A stretch of DNA of 64,000 nt. Origin: Pecten maximus. Taxonomy: Eukaryota. Both the position numbers and the translations under genes were made by a program. Each line of letters begins with the position of its first letter. Position 1 is the stretch's first letter. This document shows, in pieces, positions 1-12,468 of this stretch. The notes below the pieces were generated by a model that searched no databases, was not told the DNA's origin, and saw nothing but the letters and a program-made list of their open reading frames with translations. The stretch lies in NCBI RefSeq assembly GCF_902652985.1, contig NC_047020.1, positions 9,610,001-9,674,000 of the forward strand. The letters run 5' to 3'.

Positions 1-618
1 GGTTATCACTCTGCCACAACAAGCGGGGGCATCTTACCAGAGAAGGACACGTATCCTATTTTTACTGACCAAAAATCAGAGTCAGAACATAGATCTGGAG
101 ATGGTGGAATTAGTTCATATCAATCCGACGACGCCCTACTACAGAGTGAACTTTCCGCCGAGAAAGACGGAGTATCTACACTATTTTCCATAACGGCTGA
201 TATAAATGTTCAAGCTTCCTCATCGTTGACCACGACTACATGTAATTACGCATCTTTAACCTGTCAACCTTGTTACAATCCTATTGAGTTAGAGAGTGAA
301 AGTTGCGGTGCGTCGATGATATATTTAAGAGATGCAAACAATAAAGAAATAGAACTTATGAAATTAACTGCAAACCCGAAATCTACATTTCATGATAGAG
401 CAGTGCTACATAGGTCGAACAGAGATAGCATATTAGACGAAAGAGGTCAAAGACGCAAATGTCACTCCGACCCCTTGGAATCGGCTTCCAAGGGGAAATG
501 TACCGTCCATTCGCCTGCTCATGCCATGCGGCAATCGACTGACCCTACATTGTATTATTCAGAAAGCCAGATGGATTCTTATTTAAGAAGGTGTTCCTGT
601 GCGGACAGGTTAATATAG
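1..618 (+). CDS. 3' end of an unidentified protein-coding exon (Ser-rich, probably disordered C-terminal tail; 5' part outside the window)
   Basis: Frame 1 is open from base 1 (GYHSATTSGG...) through the listed 226-618 ORF to TAG at 616-618: 205 codons without a stop in AT-rich DNA. No recognisable domain. Confidence 0.55.
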   Translation, partial: GYHSATTSGGILPEKDTYPIFTDQKSESEHRSGDGGISSYQSDDALLQSELSAEKDGVSTLFSITADINVQASSSLTTTTCNYASLTCQPCYNPIELESESCGASMIYLRDANNKEIELMKLTANPKSTFHDRAVLHRSNRDSILDERGQRRKCHSDPLESASKGKCTVHSPAHAMRQSTDPTLYYSESQMDSYLRRCSCADRLI

Positions 619-778
619 TCAAATCAATTTCGCTGATTCTCGCTACACAAAGATATATTAAATATAACTGTAAATGCACCAGGAAAACATTGTTCTACTG
701 ATTACATTCTGCAGATATTGAATGCGACCCACATGTCCACATTTCAGTGACTACCTCGGTAGTTATTATGTTGAAAAG

Positions 779-1193
779 TTCTCAATCTAATTAAAATCAA
801 GATGGTCATTCTCACTACGTTACATGAACATCTAACAACATCCCATAGGGGGTCACGTTCTGATGACCTTTGAAATATGTGTATTTCACTTTCAGGGCGA
901 ATTGTCAGTTTTTCGATGTCATCGAAACAAAACATTTCGTCACAACATGCATCTGATACATGTAGCTTCATGCTTTCCGGGACGAAATGACTTAAAACAA
1001 ATTGACAGATTATGCAAACCATGCACTCTAGTCATGCTAATTCGTACACATAAAATTCACTTCCGAGATTCTGGAAGTAGTCATTTGATTGGCTAATCCG
1101 AAAGGTCATCCCGACGTGACCCCCTATGGTATGTTGTTAGATATTCATGTAACGTAGTGAAAATGACCATCTAGACTTTAATTAGATTGAGAA
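779..1193. mobile_element. MITE-like non-autonomous DNA transposon with ~93-bp terminal inverted repeats
   Basis: 779-871 (ttctcaatctaattaaaatcaagatggtcatt...gatgaccttt) is the near-exact reverse complement of 1101-1193, with a non-coding interior. Confidence 0.8.
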
Positions 1194-3287
1194 GTTCTAT
1201 ATTTTGATTTTATCTAGGTAACAGCATCTATTTATGTTTCATTGTTGGATTATTATAATGAGTAATTTCAGTGTTGGTTAATGTTGAATTTCTTTCATTG
1301 TAGAAGTATGATGATGTTGGTTTAGATTTGATTTACATGTTTGGTTATTACAAGTGACACGCCACCATAAGAGTGGATACCATGCTAATAAATGTATTCT
1401 GCATCAAATATGATCCGCATTTATATATTTACATTACACTATTAATTAACATGACTTGACACTTGAATAGATCGGCGTTCAATGAATCTGAACAAATAAC
1501 ACGCGTTGACGACAGCGACGTTGAAGTTCGAGTTGTTCTTGTCGAAAAAAGATTTAAATTAATGTGCGTGTATGTATAAGATAATACAAATGAGCCCTTA
1601 TTAAACTATATTCCAATTGAGGGCAACATGTACGACCTACTTTATATGATAATAATATGATGTGCTCGCCACCTTTATTTCCCCGAATCCTACATGTATC
1701 AATATTCTTTATGGCGGTTTTCCTGTTAGTGTTTTTTCCTGTTTTAATTGTTAATGAGTTTGGGTCTAAGATTGTGTTACGGTTTCATTTAAAAGTGGAG
1801 TTGCCTACGGACCGAATACAGGCGGAATTGGGATACTATAGAGTCTGATATGAGAAATCGATTTCGTATCATTTTATGCATTTTACTTTCATTAAACGCT
1901 GATGAATATTCACTGATATCTCGCCGTTTTGTGTTGATAATTGTAGAGTCGAATTATAATGTATACTCTATTATCAGTAATTATCTATTTGATACTTAAA
2001 AATGACCATTTAATTTATATGTCATAAAACCGCGATGACAAAGAATATTACCGGAAGGATGTGCTCGATACGGGCGGAAAATGAATAAGTTGATATATGA
2101 TCGACCAATATCAACAATTAAATTTGATTTGTTTATATGTGACTGGTATTTCAAGCATATGGTAGATTGTTCTATTTGATTTTCTCATCGTATGCATCCT
2201 GCTTGTCAAGTCATTTCATGTATATTTAAGAATCGTTATACGTGGGCTACTCTGAGATACAACATTGTTCAAAGCATGATATGCAGCCATTGTTTTAACA
2301 CACATCTTACGTAATACAATGCACATTAACATCAACGCTGACACGTATTACACAATCCCAGTCAATATACCACACCAGTTAGATTACATGGAATTTCCTG
2401 TCGTTATCAGGTGCTTACTTCCTGGTTGTAATGATTGATGTGTGTGTATACAATAAATGTAGATTCCAATATGTGAAATATCCTGCCAATATTGTATCGT
2501 GCATGTCTTGGGCGTTTCAAAAGCGGTTTTAGTGACTGATTCTTAACAGTTTTGTGATATAGTATATAGTGTATAGACTATCCGGTTTTTTACCCTGTTA
2601 ATCGTAAAACCCTAAAATAACACGCTTACCCAACGGAGCAACATGAGTTTAAAGGGGACGTGAGCTAGAAATAGCCTTGGTAATTTGTATACATGCTGTA
2701 CAATACGACACCATCGTGGCTTTGTAGATGTGTAGATGACTGGGGATTCAGGTTTATGTGTGTTTTAAGGGTCACCCTACTACTACTGATGTGTGAACTA
2801 CATAACGATCATGATATTAAGTATGTTGCATATACACAACCGTAGTTATTTACCTTAAATATTATCAAACGTAAACTTCCTTATACATAATCTAAACTAA
2901 CTTATACATGGATAATAACTAGATGTTTGCCAATATCAATATTGACAATACTTAAGTCGGATGTATAAAGGGATAGTGTGCTGGTTTATTGTGTGACGTA
3001 AAGTCTATCAATTGTCTGAATAAAAACATCATCTTACGTCCAATATCGTCTTGTACAGCCAGGGGACGTGTTTATTTGTATAATAAGGACATGGTAATTT
3101 ATAGTTAGTTTCTAATGTTCGTTCTGATTGAAACAAATTCACTGTTATAGGATTGCAGGTATGCTATATGTTTCACTCCATATCTAGAGCCGCATATTCA
3201 TGAGAATGAATATGCGGCTATACATTAATTAAAATCAATTCAACACTACCAGGAACACATTTAGTTCAGGATATTGGTGAGATATGG

Positions 3288-3550
3288 CACCATGGGTTGG
3301 TGCTAGGACGCAAGGGCTACTTGATCGAAAGGTCGCTAGTTCGAGTTCCGGCACGGACGCTTGAACAATATACTTTACTACGCGGTGTTCCAGTCGACTC
3401 CGCTGTAAATGAGTACATGGTAATGTAATGTAGGACATGTCGTGTGAAGCGGTCAGTGTATGTTTCCCCAGGGACAGAGAAAGACATTGGATGTGTGCTA
3501 AAGGTCCAATAACCACGGATACTATTTTGTGAGCTGCCTTAAAACGGCTA
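3288..3550 (+). mobile_element. Degenerate tRNA-derived SINE-like relic
   Basis: GC-richer island with a box-B-like 'ggtcgctagttcgagttcc' followed by 'gtcgactccgctgtaaatgagtac', which resembles conserved central SINE domains. Boundaries are approximate. Confidence 0.35.
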
Positions 3551-3702
3551 TGTTTCTGTGATATATTTGTTACTATACATATAGCATATAAAACTAAACT
3601 GCAGATTATCATATAGAAATCCATATCTTTATTATTGAAAAATCGGCATCTTCCTTCGCGAAACGCAAGACACATTTGTTAGTAGATAAATCTTCTGCGT
3701 TT

Positions 3703-4645
3703 TCAAGGGTGATATGGAATAAATAAACTGTTTACAAGGAACAAGGGTGATACTGAATAAATAAACTGTTTACAAGGAACAGGGGTGATATGGAATAAAT
3801 CAACTGTTTACAAGAAACAAGGGTGATATGGAATAAATCAACTGTTTACAAGGAACAGGGGTGATATGGAATAAATCAACTGTTTACAAGGAACAAGGGT
3901 GATATGGAATAAATCAACTGTTTACAAGGAACAAGGGCGATATGGAATAAATGAACTGTTTACAGGGAACAAGGGTGATATGGGGTAAATAAACTGTTTA
4001 CAAGTAACAAGGGTGATATGGAATAAATAAACTGTTTACAAGAAACAAGAGTGATATGGAATAAATAAACTGTTTACAAGTAACAAGGGTGATATGGAAT
4101 AAATAATCTGTTTACAGGGAACAAGGGTGATATGGAATAAATAAACTGTTTACAGGGAACAAGGGTGATATGGAATGAATAAACTGTTTACAGGGAACAA
4201 GGGTGCTATTGGATAAATAAACTGTTTACAGGGAACAAGGGTGATATAGAATTAATAATAAACTGTTTACAAGGAACAGGGGTACTATTGGATAAATAAA
4301 CTGTTCACAAGAAACAAGGGTGATATGGGGTAAATAAACTGTTTACAAGTAACAAGGGTGCTATTGGATAAATCAACTGTTTACAAGGAACAAGGGTGAT
4401 ACTGAATATATAAACTGTTTACAAGGAACAAGGGCGATATGGAATAAATAAAATGTTTACAGGAACAAGGGTGATATAGGATAAATAAACTGTTTACAAG
4501 GAACGACGGTGATATGGAATAAATCAACTGTTTACAAGGAACAAGGGTGATATGGAATGAATAAACTGTTTACAGAGAACAAGGGTGCTATGGAATAAAT
4601 AATCTGTTTACAAGGAACAACGGTGATATGGGATAAATAAAACAG
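3703..4645. repeat. Minisatellite, 38-bp unit (caagggtgatatggaataaataaactgtttacaaggaa), ~25 copies
   Basis: Directly visible head-to-tail repeats ending ~350 bp upstream of the first GPCR start codon. Confidence 0.95.
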
Positions 4646-4988
4646 GAATTGAATGCAATGAGATACGGCTTTAGCAGTACCTTGTATTGATAGTGAAATA
4701 TCGAAAACATTGCCTTGGCCTTGTAATGGGATTATACTATTGACGTGTCGTCATCTGTACATAGTCATTGTTATAAGGCTTTAACATAGAGAGAGGACGC
4801 GCATGTCTTAAGAACCATTGATACATTCCATGATTCGAAATTTCACTTTGAATGGTACATTATTGGAAGATACCGTCATTCAACATCTTAATATTTCACT
4901 TTGAATTACGTATGTCTATCAACTACTAGAGGTTGTCGTTGTTCGTTTTAATTTTGGAGAAGGGACAAAAAATAATACCATAGCCAGC

Positions 4989-6473
4989 ATGTCGAGTGGT
5001 AATGTATCAGGATTGGGCGCGCTATCTTCTGTGAGCGGGTCCTTCTACAGATGGCTTGAGGACGACGTAGTGGACAACATAGCAGGCGCAGCCATGTCGA
5101 TTATATTCTTGGTTGGGATGGTGCTTAATATCTTAGTTATTCGTGTACTCTCTTCAAACAATCACCAGACTATGACGAGTAAACCCATTTTTGTTCAGTT
5201 GATTATTATAGATTTTGTTTCGTATATATTTATAATTTTGCCTGGAAGTGTATCCGCGTTCAATGACTCTGTTATATTTCCGGATGGAGTATGTCTGATA
5301 AATGGACTGTGTGTGACGATATGTTGGCTTGGATCGTTCGCCTTCATGACTATCCTTTGCTGTGAAAGGACAATTAAACTATGGAAACCGGCAATCCACG
5401 AAAATGGTTTTGAAAAAAATCGACACGGTGTCATCATTGTAATTGCCGTGTGGTTAGTGTGTGTCGGTGTATCCGCACTTCCGCTGACCGGTTACGGAGA
5501 GGCAGACTACATCCCGCTCCAACAACGATGTGTTATCCACGACGATAACCATATCCACATGCACCTACTCTTTGTGTTTGGAATATACATCCCGTCTACC
5601 ATTGTATGCCTTTGTGGAATTTTCACATATACTCGCAAGCGACAAATTGTTTTGTCCTTGTCAAAATTGAATAAACAAGTCGAAAATATCAATATGAAAC
5701 TGACCAAGACAGCAGATGAAAATTCAGCTGCATCATCACCTAAACGGCATTCTTCTGAACGAAATGATTTAAGTGTGAGCGAAATAATTGAGGGGTCCAC
5801 ACAGGGTATTTCCCATACTGCTACAGAATCGGTACTAATTCAAGAGGGTAAATCCGTAACAAGCAGGGATTATAGAACTGTATCCGAGCCTATACACCAT
5901 ATGTCACATGATGACGCGTCTACTGACGTCACACCGGATAGAGAAGATGATGTTAGTAGTAAAGTAAGTCAACCAATGACACCCAGAACTGTAAATGACA
6001 CAAAAATAGAAATATTATCAAGTGGTATAAACAGAGATAAAACCAAACTATCAAAAGTCAAAGTGATGTTCAATGTTTACCAATCATCCGCAGAAGAAAG
6101 GGACATAACTCTAACCGTCAGTTACATTCTGATGTTTTTGGTGGTGTTGGGTTTGTGGCTGCCGTATGTGGTGCTGTTATACTTGGATAATGACGAGGGT
6201 ACTGTTTGGGGTGGCTGGTTCTCTCTCGTCGTGTTATTGTCCGACATATCTTATTGTATCAAGCCAGTTGTCTACCTTAGTCACAACCGGGTCCTAAAGA
6301 AGGCAGCTATGGCGTCATTTCCAGAGTCAGTGAGGAAACGGGCAGCGAAGACACAAGAAGCACTCAAGACAATCTCGAAGAAACTCGATAGTTTAGTTTT
6401 TATACGAATGCCGGATACCAAATCGTTAATAGACATAGAAAGGGACAGGGTACGCGTATCACCAACGGTTTAA
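4989..6473 (+). CDS. Intronless class A (rhodopsin-like) orphan GPCR, 494 aa
   Basis: Seven hydrophobic segments; TM1 Asn (VLNIL), TM2 LxxxD (QLIIIDF), TM3 Cys and ERT at the DRY position, TM4 Trp, ECL2 Cys, long ICL3, TM6 LWLPY, TM7 KPVVY. Confidence 0.9.
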   Translation: MSSGNVSGLGALSSVSGSFYRWLEDDVVDNIAGAAMSIIFLVGMVLNILVIRVLSSNNHQTMTSKPIFVQLIIIDFVSYIFIILPGSVSAFNDSVIFPDGVCLINGLCVTICWLGSFAFMTILCCERTIKLWKPAIHENGFEKNRHGVIIVIAVWLVCVGVSALPLTGYGEADYIPLQQRCVIHDDNHIHMHLLFVFGIYIPSTIVCLCGIFTYTRKRQIVLSLSKLNKQVENINMKLTKTADENSAASSPKRHSSERNDLSVSEIIEGSTQGISHTATESVLIQEGKSVTSRDYRTVSEPIHHMSHDDASTDVTPDREDDVSSKVSQPMTPRTVNDTKIEILSSGINRDKTKLSKVKVMFNVYQSSAEERDITLTVSYILMFLVVLGLWLPYVVLLYLDNDEGTVWGGWFSLVVLLSDISYCIKPVVYLSHNRVLKKAAMASFPESVRKRAAKTQEALKTISKKLDSLVFIRMPDTKSLIDIERDRVRVSPTV

Positions 6474-6907
6474 GGAGAATTCCGCTACAATATCAAAACA
6501 GGTTGAATATCGCATATCCTTAACAGTAAAGAACTTATCGAAACTATTGAGTATATGCCTCATCTGGTGATAAAGTGTTAATAACCTTGTGGCCAGTGCT
6601 TCATACACAGTCACAGTAAATACCTGTCCTGTACATTGTCTCCCAGAGCATGTGCCTTCTACAACAATGGAAAGTTTGAACGTTTAGTCACACTAAATAT
6701 CCAGTTTTCGAGGTTTATTGTTACCCTATATACCGATATGCATTCTTCCTAAAAGTGGTGCCGGTTCAGAACATAATTTGTATACATGTACTTTTTTTTT
6801 TTTTTTTTTTAAACAATATGTTATTGATTAACTGTGGAACTAATCCACCTCCTCTATTAGTCCTTAACATTTATTTAGGTCCATTTTGATGAATCTGTGT
6901 GCACAGT

Positions 6908-7258
6908 ACAAAGCTCAGAAGAGGGTATTGAAAGTTTGTGTTCAATATAACCCCTAGAAGAGGATGCTTCCACATAAGACGATAGTGAAATTGTTCTCAG
7001 TACAAACCCCAGAAGAGGGTAGTGAACGTGTACTTAGTACAAACCCCAGAAGAGGGTAGTGAACGTTTACTTAGTACAAACCCCAGAAGAGGGTAGTGAA
7101 CGTGTACTTAGTACATGTATAAACCCCAGAAGAGGGTAGTGAACGTGTACTTAGTACAAACCCCAGAAGAGGGTAGTGGATGTGCGCTCAGTACAAACCC
7201 CAGAAGAGGGAAGTGAACGTGTTCCAAGTACAAACCCCAGAAGAGGATAGTGAACGTG
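6908..7258. repeat. Minisatellite, ~37-bp unit (tacaaaccccagaagagggtagtgaacgtgtacttag)
   Basis: About 7 well-conserved copies from 7001, with degenerate copies upstream. Confidence 0.9.
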
Positions 7259-8745
7259 TGAATGTGTGCAACACTGTATCCATTTTGAAATCTCAATACA
7301 GAATACATAAACATTGAAATTCAAATGTGTGTATGATATCCATCAAATATACCTACTAAAGTGCAATTCAAACCCTACCACTTAAAGTTGGGTTAAAGAT
7401 TTCTGCAATTTAGAAATATAACTTGGATCTACCCAATGGATAATGGAACCATGGAAAAAATAATCGCAATTCATTCTCAAGTGAATTACTGTTTGTACAT
7501 ATTCTTTACGTTCTGAGAATGTTTTTATATACCTGTAGCTGTGTTGCTGTCATGTTCACACAAACTAAACTTGGTGAAAAGCCTTCGCAGATTAGATACA
7601 GACAGACAAAGGCATACTTCTCTTCTGCAGTCCTCTTTTATAGGTTTGTCACAAATTGACCTATTACTCTCGTTAACGATTCTAGCTTGTAATGGGTTAT
7701 GCTTATTCCTTTCTTTATATTCTCTATATCTTTTAGTTGGATTTAAAATAGAGGTAATAATTTAGGAATCTATATGCATGTAACGATTAATATGATATGT
7801 TTACAGAATAAAGAGAAATTCTCCAGGTAGTTTCTTGAAGACTGTTGGCCGAAACTGATGATTTACTCTGCCCTAAATCCGTACACAAAATTTTGCTATT
7901 ACATACTCAAAATATGTCACCCCGTAAAATACATATCATGTGCATTGTTGGGTCTCGTGCTGTCATTACCTCGTTTATTTTATTAACATTCAAAGACATT
8001 CATTTATCCCAGTGTTTTCAAGGTAATCTATGTGATAAGAAACCCTTATTCATACTGATGAGATATTCTATATTTTGTTAATTATTCGTTCATCGGTCGT
8101 AATTATAACACTCACAAACGTTGAAAGTGTGAGGTTAATGTTTCAATGCGCTATGGGTACTCACTGCGCTATTAACAATATGTATTGTAGCTGCATACAT
8201 TGTAGATAGTGTATACATGTATTTAGATATATCCGCGGCCTCTAAAGTGTTAAATAATACCATGAAAATTGGTATGTATTAAAATATGGAATCATTTTCT
8301 AGCATTTTTACTCGAAGGTCGTTGTTTTGGCTACTGAAACATATTAACTATTTTAGCTCTCTACCGAGTAATTCAAGTAAAAATTGACACCGCTGTATTG
8401 AAAAAAAATATCTGATACAATTAATGTCTAAACAAATTTGAAATATAAACCCAAACAAGAAGGCAAGAACTAGAACCCATTGGTTTCGCTGTAAAACAAG
8501 ATATGAAACTTCCTCAGTCAAAGTTGTTGACGTTTAAGTGTCTCAGTATTTATTACGTGAAGACCTTTCTATGTCAGCGTCACCTGTCTTGTTAACTTGT
8601 GGATTCTCACTGGATAAAATATATTACCAGGTGCTACTGGCACGAAAATCCGCAATAACTTTATTGTGCTTGTTAGAGACATAAATCATCGTACGGAAGC
8701 TAACACTATATATAGTATTGCAACAGTGTATTGATCTGACTTGAC

Positions 8746-8841
8746 CATAGATTCCTGACGCATAAGATAGGAAAAAATACTATATATAAATATATATGCA
8801 TTACTTAATATTTTTCCTATCTTATGCGTCAGGAACCTATG
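8746..8841. mobile_element. 96-bp MITE with 8-bp target-site duplication (P- or hAT-type termini)
   Basis: TIRs catagattcctgacgcataagataggaaaaa / tttttcctatcttatgcgtcaggaacctatg; identical GACTTGAC at 8738-8745 and 8842-8849. Confidence 0.85.
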
Positions 8842-9544
8842 GACTTGACGATGAAGACGCGGAAGCAGAAAGTTAGATGTGAACACAATTATACTTTTCC
8901 CTTGACGTCTGATCAAAGGATCCGCTAACAAGTACACCAGTAAATAAAACATATCAGAGTTCAGCGACACATATATAGAAATATGATTTTACTTGTTAGT
9001 GGTATCGGAGTATAAGATATGTTTTAATTCCAATGGTATTTAATAAACTATGAATGTCCCGGTTCCATCAATATTCCTTATAATTTTTAATTGAAAAGCT
9101 TTGCTGAGTTTAAGACAAATATCTTTAAAATGTCGATGAATGTTACACATCATCTAGTTATTTTTAACCCCAAAACACTTATTAACATAAACTGTGCACG
9201 ATGTTTACAATTTAATACAGAATTGACAGGTTTGGAGAAAAATATATTGCAGATTGTACGGTAGCAGTTCTAAAATATATGTTATGTATAGTGATAATGA
9301 ATTGCATAGCATTGCAGTTCATTATATATATATATATATACATAAAATATTGATTTTAATTTGATTTAACTTTAGATAAGTTGTTCATTGCATATATTTA
9401 CATTCTAATGTTGATTTTAATTTGGTTTAACTTTAGATAAGTTGTCCATTGCCGGCAGTGTAATAGTTGAGAGCCATTTCGAACAATTAGAGATGAGAGT
9501 CCTATATCCCTGGTTATAATGATGTAAACTAAGTACAGTGAAAC

Positions 9545-9754
9545 CTATGGTGTTCCGTGAGGACCAAATGTCCAATATCGCTCATTTGCTCCTTCGACCT
9601 AAACGCGAAGGAGCGAAGTTACATCGCTCCTTCGCCATCGTATTTTCGCTCCTTCGCTCCTTCACTCCTTCGCCATCGTTTATTCCTCCCTTACTCGTTC
9701 GCGTTTAGGTAGCAGGAGCGATATTGAAAATTTGGCCCTGACGGAACACCGTAG
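9545..9754. mobile_element. MITE-like element with ~40-bp TIRs and internal (cgctccttcg) repeats
   Basis: ctatggtgttccgtgaggaccaaatgtccaatatcgctc at 9545 matches the reverse complement of gagcgatattgaaaatttggccctgacggaacaccgtag ending at 9754. Confidence 0.75.
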
Positions 9755-12468
9755 TATGGAAACCTGCCTGTACCGACATACTGTGGGACCGGGTCCATAG
9801 TCTTTAGTTGTTTTTGTAATATCACAGCGTGGTACAGTCTGGTATCCTGAATATATGTATGTAGGTATATAATATTATTGACATTTTGAGTCAACTAAGT
9901 CCTTTTTTCTATTTCTTTACTCACTGCTAACGCACACTGTCATGGCAATAACACTCGATCAATTTTTATTTTGTTGATAGCAGCCTGACATTGAATTTTA
10001 TTTCATACCATCCTTGCTTCTTAATATTACAACATAAAAATAGTTCGGTGTGCTTCTGTTCATGACAAAAAGTTACAAACATGAACCGTTGACTGTAGCA
10101 GTGGTAGATAGGTACGCAGTAAGTACTGTATATGTGTGTAGGTACTAATTGTTTAATTCAATGTACATAATTTTTTATTTCATTAAAATTCAAGCTTATT
10201 TACATCAGAGACTCTCTGGTTACATGTAGATAGTTCTATACATGTAGTAGAAATGGTTGTATTTGTGTATCCCATATAAATAGCAAGTACATTGACATAT
10301 TAACCCTTTTGGATTATTGCAATGTAATCAGCCTTTGTATTGTTTATATACAATGTAGACTCAAAACAGAGATTGTGACATCTAAAAATTACCTTTCATT
10401 CCTTATATAACAAATAATAATTTGTTTCTCTCAGAGTGTTTTGCCGTGTTAGTTATACTAACAAGGGGGAGTGACGCTAGGGTAAAGTGTTTTATGATAT
10501 CATATATTCAGTTCCTAAATATTTTTCATTTTTTAGTTTTGTGTGCGAAATACGAATTTCAAGGATAACACAACTTATTCCATTGGTCTGATAAAGTGCT
10601 GTTCAGCGTGTAGAAAAAGGGAGGTTACTCGTTGTGACAATGAACTGGTGTATACAGTAAATGGCATGTCTTCCTCTGGTTTACGTAGTATAGTATTACC
10701 TCCCTCACACAGAAGGTTAATATAAACAACCTACAAAGACAGGAGGAGAGTGAACAGTTTTTACTGTTATACATATTTTCGTATGACCTTATACACCGTT
10801 GTATGTTTATAACCCATGTAACCCCTTTGAAAAATACTTTAATCCTCTTATCAGTTTGAATTCAAAGAGGGGTCAGATACATTGTATGACACACACATAT
10901 AATTCACAGTGGCATTAGCGTACAAGACATTACAATGATGACTAGTATACTTGGAGTTTTGCTCTGTCGATGATTTGGACGTGCGTCTATTCCATTTAGT
11001 CTTCCTTGACAACTCTATTTATCAAGACCAACTGACAGTTTGGCGTTTTATTCCATGTAAATTAAGTATGCTTCATTAGCATTTGTATGAATGATGGTAA
11101 ATACCAGTGCAATAGACCAGAAACTGTTTACACAATCTTACCCTCTTTCAGGTCTCAACTAGTGTCTGATCCAATACCAGGAATAGAAAATGGATACGAA
11201 TTCTGAGAATGAAATAGATATCACCTTTACGCCAGGGTTATTAGACCGGGAAGTTTTCAGATACTGGGTAGATAAACATTAACGCTCTTCTCTACACGAG
11301 CGATTATATTAACTGTGGAATACTGACATGTTTAATGATTTATCATGTCCCGTGCTGTGTTTAATAATACCCTGTACACCCACTGTTAGCGGATACCATT
11401 ACAGAAGTAATCCTTTACACAATCAAACTTAAATAGGTCAAAGTCTGCATTTCAGAATCAATAGATACAATATATTATCAAAGCATTGACACATTCATAA
11501 TTATTACAGTTATGGTGTCTTTGCGAAAAAAAATATTAGTATGGATCTGCTATATAGGTAGGAATAAAAAAAATAATCTGTCTACTCTTTTCATTTTATA
11601 TGGAATCTATTTATATATACGAATATGTGTCTTCAAAGAACTGTACACCAGACACATCAGTGGGGAGCACCAACAACGATACAATTCAAAGCCGAATCAT
11701 TCATCAGACAGTTCTTTCGTCCACCTGTGACTCGTCATTGATAAGTCTGGATATCCAGAATAGATGTTTTGAAAATAAAATAGTCCATAACATTAGCATT
11801 TCCTCTACATAACATTGAACGATAATTATTACATATTTTAGTTATCCATGCCCTGTAGTTCGGTAGTTCAGTGGCAATTTATAAAGTTTCTTTAATAAAC
11901 TGAAGACGAACAAGTGATATTACATTATTAGGATACCGGGTATTGCAGGCAATACAGTGGCGATATAGATCATGATTTTACCTCATGTGGTGTTGTTTAT
12001 CGGTCACAATAAAACTGACCTGATAGCTAATCCGGTGATACCGAGTTTACAATAAGAGGTCAGCGGATTAAGCCGGATAATAAATGGAATATATGATTAA
12101 CAGATTAAAGAAATGCCAAATACTATTATTTATGTACAATCTTGTATATATAAATGTTCTTTGTTTCGTCAAACCTTAAAAACGCCAGTATATGTGGGTT
12201 ATGTGGCGTGTTGATTTGAAGTATCAGAACAGTAGAACTGTGCTAAGACTGTTCTATCAGAGACTGTAGACTACATAAATGTTATATATCAACTGACATA
12301 CTAGTAGATAAATCTTAATTGTTTCATAAAAACTCATACGCAGGAAACACAGGGATGTGTGTATGAATTTATGTGTCATAAAAGGAACAATGATATGACC
12401 TACTGATTTTGTATAACCTCGGACCAGTCGAATAGTTTCCGCAGCTCATTGTTGAAAAAAAGTTCACA

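Noticed and set aside
3703-4645. Regular 31-47-bp repeat arrays (here and elsewhere) as CRISPR arrays
   Set aside because: Units are head-to-tail with no unique spacers, there are no cas genes, and the context is eukaryotic.
5195-5800. Short antisense ORFs overlapping GPCR, HSPA12 and pol coding regions
   Set aside because: They are shadow ORFs of real genes with no independent motifs.
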